A stretch of DNA of 64,000 nt from Squalus acanthias (taxonomy: Eukaryota). Below, in pieces: positions 20,865 through 33,726 of this stretch. The stretch's first letter is position 1; every line of letters starts with the position of its first letter. Made by a program: the position numbers and the translations under genes. The notes under the pieces were generated by a model. That model was given only the letters and a program-made list of their open reading frames with translations, had not been told where the DNA came from and searched no databases. Where the stretch lies: assembly GCA_030390025.1 (NCBI GenBank), contig CM059431.1:142602001-142666000 (forward strand). Direction: 5' to 3'.

Positions 20865-21335
20865 GGCCCAGAAATTAATCTCTGTCTCTTCATGCGGGGG
20901 GAAGGAGCCGGCGCGGTAATACATACCGCGTCTGCCGTTTCCATATTTCCACGGAGGAACTTCATCTTTTTCGAGCTGGAGTGCAGGGCAGCGTATGACG
21001 TCACACCGCCCTGCAGCGCAGCGTGCGCGTTTCATCGCGTGCGATGTGGAGTGAAGACACGCCCATTAAGGTCACTTTACCATAGTCCACGCCCCCAATT
21101 TTTTTCTCAATTGAATGCAGTATCACAGAAGCTGAAGGCACAATTCTAACAGTGGTAGATGTGGCAGTTAAAGTAAGTTGGATTTAAATGCATGTTTTGA
21201 AAAGTTTTAAAGATTTTTAGTTGAATTGGAGTAATTTTAAACAGTTGCAAAGAGATTTAAAGTAATTGAAATAGTTTTAACAGCCCAGAAATCATTTTTT
21301 TCATTGTTTTTACTGTTTATAATCAGCAAACGGAA

Positions 21336-22928
21336 ATGGCTGCTATCAGCAATATCCAATTTATCAAAAGAACACAGAATTTCAGTGATGATGATCTCCG
21401 CACACCTCTTGACGAGGTAGAAGCGAAGCGATTAAGGATAATTGGAACTGAGAAGTCCAAACCGCCTCGAAAAGGCCAAATGGCAGCGTGGAAAGAGGTT
21501 GCTGAAAGTGTGACCGCAACCTCGACCATTCCTCGTACAGCTGAGCAATGTCGCAAAAAATTCAGTGATTTATTGCGAACGATCAAGGTATGTATAGTTA
21601 TAACAAAAGTCAATGTTAAAATGTCTTTACATTTAAAATGAAAAACTTTGAAACAGTGTTTGTTTGCTAAGCTGAGTTAACTGAAGTCACAAGATGCTGC
21701 CATAATTTTTTATGGCTTTTGTAGCCAGGCAAGTCTCATAAAATGCTAATGTTATCTTGATTGCAATGCTTTGATTTGCTTACTGAGTTAACTGTGTGAG
21801 TGCCAATGCAGTTTTGGTGTAAAAACCCTTACATTTCAGCTTTTCATTTTCAATTTTAGAGTAGAACTGCTCACAACGCCAGAGAACGTTCACTGACAGG
21901 CGGTGGTGTTGTCACGTTAAGGGCTTTAATCGAACATGAGGAAAGGCTCGAGCATATGTTTGGATATCTTCGCGGATGTCCCTTTGAAACTGAACAAATC
22001 GACACAGGTGATGTGTGCTGAATATCAGCTTCTGTGATGTGGCACATCATGCTTTACCTTTGCTAATCTTTACTGTTTCCTTTACATAGGTTTACAGCAG
22101 ACTTCTCAGTCACGGGATGAGCAGTGCGTTGAGTCTGCAGCCGAAGAGGTCGTTGGTGAAGTGCATGTCGAGCCAGTGGAGATGCGAGTGAGGTGGTGGT
22201 GGAGGAGCAGCAAGAGGAAATTGTTGCTGAATTGGATACGGAGGTTGTGGAATCTGGGTTGCTGGAGAGGTCCTCTCCATCTTGCTCTCCAACTCCTGGC
22301 CCCTCTGGCTCTGTGCCAAACATACAGCAGCTTGATACTGCAGTGCATGTGGGAGACACAGATATATATGCAGCAGAACAGGAGATACAGGGTCACATCC
22401 ACCATCTTGAAGGCTTGAGGCAATCGATTTCTTCTCTTACAGAGAAAGAAGTTGATTGTCTTGCCTCGGTCAAGCAGGGAGTGGAATGTCTGTGCATGTC
22501 ATTTAATGAAATGAAAGATCATATCATAGCTCAAAATCTGGGAATGGAGCTTAAGAAAATAAATGAGTCTCTTGTTGGACTGTTGCAGAAACCCGATTTG
22601 GGAATGGATCTTAAGAAAATAAATGTCTCTTGTTGGACTCATGCAAATAATTTCTCCTGCCATTACTGTGACTCCCTCAGAACCAACCTTACCTGCTCCC
22701 AGCACAGAATCAGTGCAGGTCCAAGAGCCACCTGCTCCACCTATGTTGATGCCAGCAAACATTGCCTTGCAGCAGCAGCAGCAACAACCCTGTCAGGAGG
22801 CAATTGCTGAAGGGCAAGAGACGGCAAGCAGGGCCGTTTCAAGTCGCAGCACAGGACACCGGTCACGGGGAGCGGGAAAGCGCAAGAGACAGTCAGGTGT
22901 TGCATGTTCCACAATGCACATCCATTGA
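21336..22928 (+). pseudogene. Harbinger Myb/SANT-like DNA-binding protein (exons 21336-21587, 21860-22007, 22090-~22928), frameshifted
   Basis: NFSDDDL..L..AWKEVAESV...RTAEQCRKKFSDL; exon 2 SRTAHNARERSLTGGG; phase-compatible GT-AG introns; frameshifts near 22190 and 22620. Confidence 0.8.
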
Positions 22929-23329
22929 CCCTCAGGAATAGTTTTGAGTGGGTAAATTTTTCAATTGTTTAATTTTTCGTTTTATTTAAAAGTTATATGT
23001 TTTCATTTTTTTTTATTTAAATATATATTTGACACTGAAACTGAAAGTAAGCTTTTCATTGAAAAAGTACAGCCTCTATTCACTTTTTAAAAATTCAAAT
23101 TGTTTATTTGCTCAAAAAAATTGAACATTAAAACTATTTTACATTTATGAAAGAGTTATTTTCCATCTTGAATGTCTTTATTGCATTAACGAAGCAAAAA
23201 AGTAAGTCAGAACTGTTTACAAATTTTTTTATAACCTATTTCTGTTTACGATTGTTTACAAAGTTGAAAAGTAGCTAGTTAACATTGAAAAGTTATAAAC
23301 TATGTACATCAACAATGAACCTCAGAAGT

Positions 23330-24553
23330 CTATAATGCTGCAATAAAAGAGCACTGTTTCACTTTAAATTGTGTCTGTACCTTTATTTGCCTTGCTGGGG
23401 GAGGGGGAGGTACAAGGCGACAATACCTCGTGAAGGTGTTGGCTACCAGCTGCTCCCGAACAGCCTTACTTTGAGCAGCAGTTGGCTCTTCCCCATCAGG
23501 CCTTCCCACAGGCACATTGGCATTGTCCACGTCCTCCATTTCTGCAGGTAGTTCATCTGCAGCGTTAAGGGTCAGTCCTTCCCACAGGGCAAAGTTATGC
23601 AAAGCACAACAGACCACCACAATCTTTGCCACTTTCAGAGGAGAATACTGCAAGGTCCCCCCTGACCTGTCCAGGCACCGGAAGCGTGATTTCAGAACTC
23701 CGATTGGCCACTCCACCACTTGCCGTGTGGACACGAGTGCCTGGTTGTATCTCTCCTGAGCCTCATTATTGGTCTTGCGGTAGGGAGTCATCAGCCATGG
23801 TCTTAGCGGGTAGCCCTTGTCGCCCAATATCCATGCGGATCCTGGAGGCAATGCGTTGAGGGCGCCATATAAGTTAGAGTTACGGAGGACGAAGGAGTCA
23901 TGATTACTTCCACGGTTACTTGCATTCACATTTAAGATGCTGAGATGTGCATCACAGACAATCTGGGCATTCCTGTTGATAAATGTCACAGGTGCAACCC
24001 CTGGTGCCTTCAATGCTACATGGGTTCCATCGACAGCCCCAATCACTTTGGGGAATCCAGCAATGTTATGAAATGCAAGCGCCATCTCCTTTTGATGGCG
24101 AGCGGACAAGTCATAGTTAATGAACTCAGAAGCCCTATGGAAAATGGCTTCTGTGACCTGGTGAATGCAGGCCCTCGCAGCATTCTTGGATTTGTTGGAA
24201 ATGTCACCGGTGCTTGCCTGAAAAGTCCTACTTGCAAAGAAGTTCAGTGCTGTGGTTACCTTCATATTCACTGACAAGGCAGTGACGGTTTTCGAGCGTG
24301 TTTGAAGGTCCTCCTTTAACATGTCACAGATTCGGCCAATTGACTCTTTACTGAAGCGCAGCCTCCTCACACACAACTCCTCCGACAGCATCTCAAATGA
24401 CAGCCTCTCTCTGTACACTCTATTTGGTGGGTAGTAGTTTCTCCTTCTCAGGAGGAGACGGGCTTGGTTCCTCTGTCTGATTTGTTGTCTGGCATCAAAA
24501 ATTCTCTGATACAAAATCCCACAGAGGAACAGGAATTGATTGTGAAAGGGCAT
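23330..24553 (-). CDS. HARBI1-like DDE transposase, probably defective
   Basis: GFPKVIGAVDGTHV, GSNHDSFV, LGDKGYPLRPWLMTP and TRQVVE..IGVLKSRFRCL motifs; the usual K.GxHSI segment between FINR and NAQIVCD is missing. Confidence 0.9.
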   Translation of the reverse strand: MPFHNQFLFLCGILYQRIFDARQQIRQRNQARLLLRRRNYYPPNRVYRERLSFEMLSEELCVRRLRFSKESIGRICDMLKEDLQTRSKTVTALSVNMKVTTALNFFASRTFQASTGDISNKSKNAARACIHQVTEAIFHRASEFINYDLSARHQKEMALAFHNIAGFPKVIGAVDGTHVALKAPGVAPVTFINRNAQIVCDAHLSILNVNASNRGSNHDSFVLRNSNLYGALNALPPGSAWILGDKGYPLRPWLMTPYRKTNNEAQERYNQALVSTRQVVEWPIGVLKSRFRCLDRSGGTLQYSPLKVAKIVVVCCALHNFALWEGLTLNAADELPAEMEDVDNANVPVGRPDGEEPTAAQSKAVREQLVANTFTRYCRLVPPPPPARQIKVQTQFKVKQCSFIAAL

Positions 24554-25142
24554 CTTTCTCCCTCACAGGCTTCCACTTCATACTGAAAGTTGTAATGAAA
24601 AAATGGAAATAGTTGTTAAAGTAACTTTAGTAAAGTGAGTGGCTATAAAATCAGGTCGGGCTATGGTGGGAAACGTGTGCTATCGGATTGGGAACACATC
24701 TACCCGCCACACGGCCCTAGTTGATTTTCCAGAACTGTAACATTTTCATAAATTAATGCATACATACATACATACATAGATACTTACTTACTCATTTTCA
24801 TCTTTAAAACTTTTGAAATGTAAATAGTTCATTTTTAAACTTTCATTTTCACATTTATGATAGATACCTAAATATGCCTTGTTCACACCTACAGTTGCTA
24901 TACTACTCCAAATGGTCAAAACCCGTTTTTAAACTTTTTTTTAAATTGCAAACTTATCTGAGACTTAATTAAATAAACTTTGGTGGCTTTCAGATTTAAA
25001 AAAACTCACTTCAGTAGCCCCACTGCAAAAGGATTTATTCCTCCTGCTGTCTCTGGATCTTCAAAAATGGCTCTTACTCCTGCTTTTTACATGTGTAACT
25101 GCTAGGAGCTTACACACACTACTTTCATTCAGAAAAAATATT

Positions 25143-26060
25143 GGCCCAAAAATTCGTGAGGAAGCCTTCGTGCGAGGGTAAGGCCTCCCCGCGATCTCTC
25201 ACTGCGCGTTGGCTTTTTCAGTTCCAGCTCGCACGAACTTGATGTTCTGGACAGCTGCTGTGCTGGGCTTGGGTATCCCACCGGCGTAGTTAATTCGTGC
25301 GAGCTGTGGGATCACGTGACTCAGTTAGAGCCAATGGCAGCACACCATCTTCCATTCATAACTTTCACATAAGAGCTGTGAAAGTTATGAATACTATAGC
25401 CCCCCAAAAGAACCGCTAAACCTCAATTAAATTTAAAAAAAAAACCATCACATTAATAAAATAAGTATAGTTAAATAAATTAACCATTTTAAATAAAAAA
25501 TAAAATTTTTGAAAAAATTTAAAATCTTTTAAAAAGTTATAAAAATAAACTTATCTGTCTTTAAAGTCTGTAAAAAAGATATACCTGTTAAAAAAAATTC
25601 AAAATAATACTTAATTCACTACTTACCTTGTTAAAAGTGGGTCTTACTCCTTTTTTTATGTGCAGAATCTTCCGTACTTACCTGCGCGTTGAAACCACTA
25701 AGTGCACAGCGTGTGCGCAGCCTGTAGCGCGCACGCGGTTCACCTAGGACCCGCCCCCTTTTCCATTCACCAAGTGCCGGTTTTCAGCGCATGCGCAGTG
25801 CATGCAGAAAACCGGCAATTGGAGACAGAATACGCGAGTACGCAGTGCGTACTCTCGCGTAGCGGCACTAATTTTTGGAGCATTAAAGTTCAGGACGCAC
25901 GCGCAGAATCTCCGGCCCACGTGATTCCACGGAGATACCTGCAGGTGAACCAACATGAAGTGCCGGTTTTCAGCGCATGCGCAGTGCATGCAGAAAACCG
26001 GCAATTGGAGACAGAATACGCGAGTGCGTACTCTCGCATACTGAGACTAATTTTTGGGCC
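25143..26060. mobile_element. MITE-like module forming the right end of the Harbinger (own TIR pair, internal duplication)
   Basis: GGCCCAAAAATTC at 25143 and AATTTTTGGGCC at 26060; ~70-bp duplication at ~25772 and ~25958; inverted homology to 445-1212. Confidence 0.7.
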
Positions 26061-26514
26061 ATAATGGATCCTCATTTGTGGGGACTGAGGGAAAAGGTAT
26101 CTTGGGCATACTGGAGATTGATCAGCATTACATATGTTTTCTTTGCTTTTTCATATTAACCAGAACCTCACTCAAAAGTCCGTGTCACTAGTTTCCCAGT
26201 GCCATGGAGAGAAGCGGCGGATCCATCATTTATTTAATGTCACAGATACAAACACATATAAACACAGCCAGAGATACAGACGGTGTCGGGAATCACCGGG
26301 AAATAGACAAGCGATATTGATAAGGACAATGCGCTTTGCTCCCAGAAAATGTCCTGAACCCCTGTGGTCAATGAATGGTTTAATGGTTGACTTCCTGATA
26401 CACCTTGGAATTCAGGAGAAATTGGTTCGTGGTTTGTAGAACAAGTTAAATCTCTGGGGCGGAGCAAACAGCAGAATCACTGCAATAAGTGACAATGATG
26501 CAAATTTAAAACAG

Positions 26515-26587
26515 GTCTGGCGAGCCCAGTCGGTAGAGCGTTAGATTCTTCATCTCAGGGTGATCTATCCCAGCCACACTTTGGGCG
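26515..26587 (+). pseudogene. tRNA-Lys(CTT) pseudogene
   Basis: 73 bp alignable to vertebrate Lys-CTT (CAGTCGGTAGAGC..CTT.ATCTCAGGGT..TTGGGCG); T arm destroyed. Confidence 0.75.
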
Positions 26588-26659
26588 AGCGGTCTAATGT
26601 GTTGCGTTCAATTGCGCAGTCTCCTTTGCGCGGCGTGGGTTTGAACCCCCCTTCTGACA
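26586..26659 (+). pseudogene. tRNA-Leu pseudogene, 5'-truncated, fused to the Lys pseudogene
   Basis: CGAGCGGTCTAA..GCGTTC..CGCAGTCTCC..GGCGTGGGTT.GAA.CCC..CTGACA, similar to Leu-CAG. Confidence 0.7.
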
Positions 26660-26754
26660 GACTGATCTTTCCACTTCACCGTCAAGTTGCATTTTATGGA
26701 ATTAGCTGCAACTGCTTCTTCGGCCCAGTTGATTTTTTCCCATCAGAAAACTAA

Positions 26755-27180
26755 CCCAGGGATTGTTCTCTTAGAGCAACGAAGGTTAAGGAGAGACCTA
26801 CAAAAGTTATTCAAAATAATGAGGGGTTATGATAGAGAAGGGAGAAACTGTTTTCTCGGAAGAGTGGATCGAGAACCAGAGGTCATAGAATTAAAATAAT
26901 TGCCAAAAGAACTAGAGGGGACATTAGTGAATTTATTCACACACAGGGTTGTTACGATCCGGACACATTCTCTGAAAGGATGGTGGAATCAGATTCCATA
27001 GAAACTTTCAAAAAGCAATTGGACATTTATTTGAAGAGATCTAATAAGCAGGGTTATGGGGAAAAAGCTGGGGTGTGGGACTGAATAATTCTTTCAAAGA
27101 GCCGGCATAGGCAGGACGGGCCGAATGGCCTCATTCTGGGCTGTAAGATGCTGTGATCCTTAGATTCTATGAATCTATGA
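26755..27180 (+). mobile_element. CR1-type LINE 3' fragment
   Basis: LEQRRLRRDL..FKIMRG remnant and an ATTCTATGA tail. Confidence 0.75.
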
Positions 27181-27585
27181 CTCCGGCCTCTTGTGCATCC
27201 CTCTTTCTCTTCACACTATAAAAAGTCAGTCATAACCGGTGTCTCACTCGCTGGAATTTCCTCCCCTGACACTTCCGTCTCCTTAAATCCGTAGGAGTCC
27301 TTTGGTCAGACGTCTTAATAGCTCCTTCTTTGGATTCCGCTGCAATATTTTTGATCAAACCTCTATGAAGCGCTTTGGGAGATTCCCTAGAAGTGGGGAG
27401 GGGGCCAGGGTTTATTGAGCTGTATGATTGTGTCTGTGTGTTACATTAAATAAATGAGGGCATCTGGCGCTTCTCTCCCTGACACTGGGGAACTAGTGAG
27501 ACAGACTTTATAGGAAGGTTCTGTTTATTGTGGAAAAGCATTCTTCCGGAATTATCCAGACTCCAATCAATGTTAAAATGAGATT

Positions 27586-27657
27586 TGACCCCGACGCGAT
27601 TTGAACACGCGACCTTTTGATTGGGAGTCAGAGGCGCTTCCGTTGCACCACGAGGTT
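27586..27657 (-). pseudogene. tRNA-Trp-derived pseudogene (anticodon mutated to CCC)
   Basis: 72 bp, paralog of the intact Trp at 37196 with several substitutions. Confidence 0.8.
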
Positions 27658-28448
27658 CACGTTTGGACAACCAGCAGGGATGTTTATTTATATCAATGTT
27701 TCTCAAACGCCTTTTTATTCTTCCACGTGAAGGTGTAGAAGGAATTTAAATTCCCGGCCACTCGCACCGGGTGTCAGACAGAGTCAGAAGCAGCGTTCAC
27801 CTGTCAGTCACTGTATCCCGCCCGCTGTCATCACCTGCTGCCCGCAGACTGCAGCCAATCCAATTACACGCACCGATTCCCCAGAATCATCACATCACAG
27901 GAAAATAAACCAGGAAACTGCTCTCAAAATACACAACAGCTCGAGCAGCTTCTGAAAAACAATGAAACTTTCGGCGTGCAGACATTAGTTAGAACTGCAA
28001 ACAAGGCCGTGTGAAAACATAAACTGTGTGTGTGTAAATATAGAATCATAGGAACTCACAGCACAGGAGGAGGCCATTAGGCCCGTCGTGCCTGTACTGG
28101 CTTAGAAAGAGCAGCCGTGCTCAATCCCACACCCCCGATTTTTGTCCGTAACCCTGTAAGGTCCTCATCCTCAAGTAACTGTCCAACTCCCTTTAAAATT
28201 ATTGATGGAATCAGCTTCCACCATCTGTTCAGGTAGAGCGTTCCAGATCCCCACAACACACAAAATACATTTGGAATGAGACAGATGCCCCCCAATAAAT
28301 GAATCAATATTACAGATACCTGTAAATACATTTGTAAGCAGCAGAATCATGAAATGCATTTACATGTAAAACAAGTCACAATAAATTTGCATCCAAAACG
28401 GATAGACCCAATTATATTTAAAATTATCCCAACGATTCGTTGCCACGT

Positions 28449-28521
28449 TCCCTGTTGATCTAATGGCCAGGATTCGGCCCTTTCGCCGCTACAGGCTCGG
28501 GTTCAATCACCGTTGAGCGGA
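28449..28521 (+). pseudogene. tRNA-Glu(TTC) pseudogene
   Basis: TCCCTG.TG.TCTA.TGGC.AGGATTCGGC.CTTTC.CCGC...GGGTTC; stems broken. Confidence 0.7.
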
Positions 28522-28737
28522 TTGACTCTTACAACAGTTGTTAATTCAAGGCCTTATCAAATTCACTACATGCATCCAATGTGAAAACAATGTTGTAATT
28601 GTCATTAATTAACAGATAAGGTTCGTTTGCAGAATGAAAGAAATGCTAACATGGTTACTGAGGTACAGTCGAAGCTTCAATAATTTAGGCTGCACAAATT
28701 AATTTAGTGATGAACATTTAATCACATTTTTCACATT

Positions 28738-29283
28738 GCCCGTAATTTCCGATTTCCGAGGGCTCCCGAGGTCATAACTCTTCAGCTCCTGGGCCTCTCC
28801 TGGTGCGCGCGCGCAGAGGCCCAGGTATCCCAGGGGCGCAGGCAGTTCTCAAGCGTCCCTGGGATCTCGTGGGCCAGGCCAGCCAATGGGAGAAGGGAAT
28901 CCCAGCCTGTCAAAGGTATGAATGGGGATCACTGAAAAAAGACGCATTACATTTTTTTTTTAAATCACGTTTTTAAAAAATGAGTTAAAATTACAAATAA
29001 ATTAAATAAATTAAATATTTTAAACAAAAATTTAATTTTTTGAAAAAATAATTAACGTTTTTTACGGTGTTAAAAATAAACTTAGCTGTTTTAAAAGCGA
29101 CACTCTCCCCCCGCAGAAGTTCTTCTCCAGGGCAGGCGTCCGATCTGTCAAGAGGATTCTTCACAGATCGGAAGTGCCGGTTTTCAGCGCATGCGCTTCT
29201 CATGCCTGAAACCGGAACTTACGAGGTCCCTGCGGGTGTGTACACATCTCCTACACACCCGTAGGCATCGGAAATTATGCGCC
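28738..29283. mobile_element. Harbinger-type MITE
   Basis: Imperfect TIRs GCCCGTAATTTCCGAT / ATCGGAAATTATGCGCC; ATT on both flanks; shares AAGTGCCGGTTTTCAGCGCATGCGC with the other MITEs. Confidence 0.65.
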
Positions 29284-29419
29284 ATTGTGTTTTGCAGCCT
29301 GGTTTGAAATGTTCTGTGCTGATGACTCCAGGAATCTGGTGCAACATTTGTTACATTTAACAGGACCGGCTATTTCAGAGGAAAATTCATTCTCTAACAC
29401 AATGTTTTTAGAAAATACA

Positions 29420-29850
29420 CTGACCTATCTTTCTGATGTCCAAAGTGGATGATCAGGCACTTCCTCACATTGAACTCCATTAATCACAGTTTTGCCCACT
29501 CGCATAATCTATCAATGTCACTTCACAATTCACTGCTCCCATCTACACTGCTTACTGTGCTCCCAACTTAGTGCCATCAGCAAACTTGGATATCAGGTTC
29601 ACTATTCCTTCATCTAAGACATTTATCAATATAGTGAAAAGCTGAGGCCCCAGTCCAGCTCCCAGGGGACACCACTAGTCACATCCTGCCAATTGGAGCA
29701 CATACCCATTATCCATACTCTGTGTCTCCTACCTCCTGACCAATTCCCTACCCGTGTCAATACGTTGCCTCAAATTCCATGCGCTTTGGTTTTTGCTAAC
29801 AGTCTCTAGTGTGGAACCTTATCAAATGCCTGCTGGATGTCGTTATATAA
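29420..29850 (-). mobile_element. CR1-type RT fragment
   Basis: Decayed SGVP..LGPQLF...SKFADGTKLG region on the minus strand. Confidence 0.7.
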
Positions 29851-30809
29851 AATCTAGTAAATCCCTCTGTATGATTTAGGTTTCGTTTTCTCCATGTCTC
29901 TATTAGTTTATGCTCTCCCTCTACTTTGAAGACCGATACAATGTAATTGTTTATCATGTCTGCCATTTCTTCTTTTCAATTCCAATGTCGCCTGCGTCTG
30001 TCTTTAAGGTGCCCGCATTATCCAGAGCCTCTCTGTGAGACCGTGAATAATTAGATTAAATTCCGTGAATAAACCTTTTGTTGCAGACTGAACGAAATGC
30101 TCATATGTTTGCCGACTGACAGTGAAAATGTAATAGCTTTTCTGCTCTGCATGTCCTGAACATTTAACCTTCCCGTTTTGCTGTATATTAAGAGTTTGGT
30201 TAAAAATGTTCAGTGCGTATGACACCAGGAATCTGCTGCAGCCGTTGTTAAATTTAAAATGATTGTAGCCCCTATCACACGAGAAGACACGATCATGAGG
30301 AGCAAGTTCCCACAAATTGTTTCCGCCTGGGGTTTCCCCATTGAGGCCCAAAGAAAGTTTCCCTCACTCCGGTATCTGTGAATGCTGCGAGAAGGCTGAG
30401 TGACCCGGATATAATCGCCCCGCCTTTTCGGAAGCCTGTGCTGGGTGTACGGGGAGATTTGGCCCGGGCCGTGGCAGCTTGCATTCCAGGGATGGGCAGT
30501 AACCCGCTGATTGAGGCTGCATCCGCCGCTCTCCACAGGCAGCGGGTGACTGGAGAGTGCGGGACTGGAATTTTGCTGCTTGTCCCGGCCTCAGTCACTC
30601 TGGAGCTGGGGAAGAGCGAATCATTGATGAACTTGTGCACGGGTTTGAAATGCGGCTTAGAACGGCTGCTGTTGACCGAGGCAGCGCTGCAGGATCCTTC
30701 AATCATCTCTCACAATTCAACTGATATCAGCCGGAATGTGAAGCTTTGAGAGGGGCTTTCTGCACCGTCAGGGCTGGTGACGGGAGAGCGTGAGAGAGAG
30801 CACAGTGAC

Positions 30810-31372
30810 ATAGAAACAGGAGCAGGCCATTCAGCCCCTCGGGCCTGTTCCGCCATTCAATAGATCATGGCTGATCTGCGACCTAACTCCATATATCCGC
30901 CTTTCAGATCGCTTCCTACCTTTAGTTAACAAAAACTATCAATCTCAGATTTAAACTTTACAATTGATCTAGCATCAATTGCCATTTGCTGAAGTGGGTT
31001 CCAAAATTCTACCAACCTTTGTGTGTAGAAGTGTTTCCTAATTTCACTCCTGAAATGTCTGTCTCTAATTTTTAGACTATGCCCCTACTCCTAGAATCCC
31101 CAAATAGCAGAAATAGTTTCTCGCTATCTACCCTATCTGTTCCCCTTAATATCTGAGAAATTCGATCAGGTCACCCCTTAACCTTCTAAACTCTATTGAA
31201 TACAATCCTAATTTGTGTAATCTCTCCTCTTAACTTAACCCTTGATGTCCAGGTATAATTCTGGACACGCTGCACTGACTCCAAGGTCAATATATCCTTC
31301 CTAAGGTGTGGTGCCCAGAACTGCTCACAGTACTCCAGGTGTGGTCTAACCAGGGTTTTCTATAGTTGCAGC
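30810..31372 (-). mobile_element. CR1-type LINE 3' fragment
   Basis: [20 protein letters not shown] remnant and CR1 3' UTR. Confidence 0.8.
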
Positions 31373-31540
31373 GACACTACATACAGAGATACAGAGACAC
31401 TGTAGAGATTGAATGTGTACAGAACCGAACTGAGAAACAGCAAATGTAACACAGCTGTGAGATATTGTATTTTATTAATATCTAAACACAAATGCGAATT
31501 ATTCTATTTTCCTAATATTTAATTGAACAAATTCTCAAAA

Positions 31541-31613
31541 TACTTCTGTCCAGGTCCGAATCAGAGACATTTTCTGTGTTAAGCAAGCATGATAACCACT
31601 GCACTACGGAAAT
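31541..31613 (-). pseudogene. tRNA-Val(AAC) pseudogene
   Basis: TTTCCGTAGTGCAGTGGTTATCA..CTTAACAC..; 3' half diverged. Confidence 0.7.
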
Positions 31614-33657
31614 ACGGCAGCAAGAATGATTTTAGTAACATAACCAGCCGTGCTGCACTTCAGGAATGATTTTTACAGAAATAGAATTTCGGTGCTCTAT
31701 TGAGGAAGGCTGTAGAAAATGGCAGAAATTGATCTGTTAGTAGAATCATAGAATGACACAGCACAGAAGGAGGCAATTCACCCATCATGCCTGTGCCGGC
31801 TCTTTGAAAGAGCCCCAATTAATCGCACTCCCCTGTTCATTCCCCATAGACCTGCACATGTTTCCCTTTCAATTAATTATACAATTCTATTTTGAAAACG
31901 GAGAGTTTGGAAAAACTATATTGTCAGAGGTGTTGGAGCCTCTGCAGTGTCGATGCACAGTGAGTGGTAACTGACGAAGTTCCCTGATCCAATGACACTA
32001 AAACTGGATACCGGGATTCTTATACAGTTTCTTAAAAAAAAAAATTGTGGAATTGATTTCAAATCGAAATATTTAAACCGTTTATTCCGGTCAAACAAGT
32101 CCTTGTTTTGCCGAGTTGGTATATACAATCCAATCACAAGAACTGTATAATCTGTAACAGAGGCAGTTATACAAAGGGGAGAAAGTTTTGCTACAGCTGT
32201 ACAAAGTCCTGGTTAGACCACCTCTGGAGGACTCTGTACAGTTCTGGGCCCGGCACCTCAGAAAGGCTTGACATTGGCCTCGGAAGCAGTGCAGCACTGA
32301 TCCACCAGAATGTTTCCAGGGTCCAATGGTGAGATTCTGAGGCGAGATTACATAAACTAGGCTTGTATTCCTTGGAATATAGAAGGTTAATCGCTGATTT
32401 CATTGAGGTTTTTAGAATTATGAAAGGAATTAATAGGGTTAAAATAGAGAAACTTTTTTTCACTTGATCATTGTGCACAGGACCCTTACTTAGAAAAATG
32501 ATCGATAACTTTCAATGACGTTGGAGTATTTTTGTTGTCCTATTCTGCAAATTCTGTTATCAATCCACCCGCTGAAAGGCTCTGGTAGCACAGGTGTTGG
32601 ACAAACTCCATGTGTCATTATACAAGTCGGTTGCTTTACACGTAGTGCGTTGTGACCTCATCTTGAAATGCGAGTCTCTTCAATATCCAATACAAAGTGA
32701 ATTGCAAACTTGAAGGACAAGCACAGGAATACAAGTCACTCGTGAACACTAACTACATGGTGCTCATTTTCAAAGTCATAGCAGTCAGTTTTTACATAAC
32801 GTGAAATAAATGTGCTTTGATAAGATTTGGAAATAGATGTTACTTGTATTTGTGTCTTTTGTTGTTCTATTTATTAAACTTTCTGGCGTCTGACTCCCGT
32901 TGAGTCTCTTCTTCCTCTATTGAATGAGAAAGGAGGGGTTTGACGTTGACCAGACCCGCACTGCGCCTGATATTTGTGAGCTCATCCTTTATATTTAGTG
33001 TGTTATGCCCCTTTGATCGGCAGCAGCTATAGCTCATTACATTGTACAATTATGGAACTGTTAATAGGGTTGACCCAAACTGTTCAAAGCCTTCGGTTTT
33101 AAGGAGGGTCTGAAAGGAGGTGAGGGAGGGGTAAAGGTGGAGGGGTTTAGGCGGGGTGTTCCAGAGCATGACGTCATCACAGATATTGCATCATGTTCGC
33201 ATGTGCCTGCTGTCAGACTGCAGTGTTTTACAACATTTACATTGAAAAAATGCAGCTTTTAGATGCAACTAAATTATCACTAAAATGGCCCAGCGTGTTT
33301 TAAATTGTTTTCCCTAATACCAGCTGCACAATAGCCACACATTCAATGTAGCCTCACACGGTGCGATGGCGAGTTCCAGTTCTATATATGGAGATACAGA
33401 ATCAATTTCCATCAGTTTATTTGAACCCAATAACTTAATATATTTCTAACGGGTTGGTTGGAGGAACATAATCCATCTGTATGTTTTTATCATTTGGTTT
33501 GAATTGAGTGCTCATTAAAGTATTTGGGGCGGAATTTATTGGATAACAGCACAGCTGGCAATGTGTGCGGAATATTTTCCTGCAGCCAAAGCTCACATTG
33601 TCAACCTGGAACTGTGCGGCAATGAATCATAAAGGGGAAAAAAACTATCAAAACCTT

Positions 33658-33682
33658 CGTCCCTGGGTGGGATCGAATCACC

Positions 33683-33714
<32 letters not shown>

Positions 33715-33726
33715 GGTCACAGAGAC
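33658..33726 (-). pseudogene. tRNA-Asn(GTT) pseudogene
   Basis: GTCTCTGTG..CAATCGGTTAGCGCGTTCGGCTGTTAACCGAA...CCCACCCAGGGACG with a ~5-nt deletion in the variable/T region. Confidence 0.8.

Larger units (their letters stand above)
20865..26060. mobile_element. PIF/Harbinger DNA transposon (two convergent genes), decayed
   Basis: TIRs GGCCCAGAAATTA / TAATTTTTGGGCC; Myb/SANT-like gene on + and DDE transposase on -; splits an integrase relic at an AAT site. Confidence 0.88.

Noticed and set aside
30210..30780. GC-rich overlapping ORFs (108-137 aa)
   Set aside because: No recognisable domain or splice structure; could be regulatory or non-coding, but I cannot support a call.
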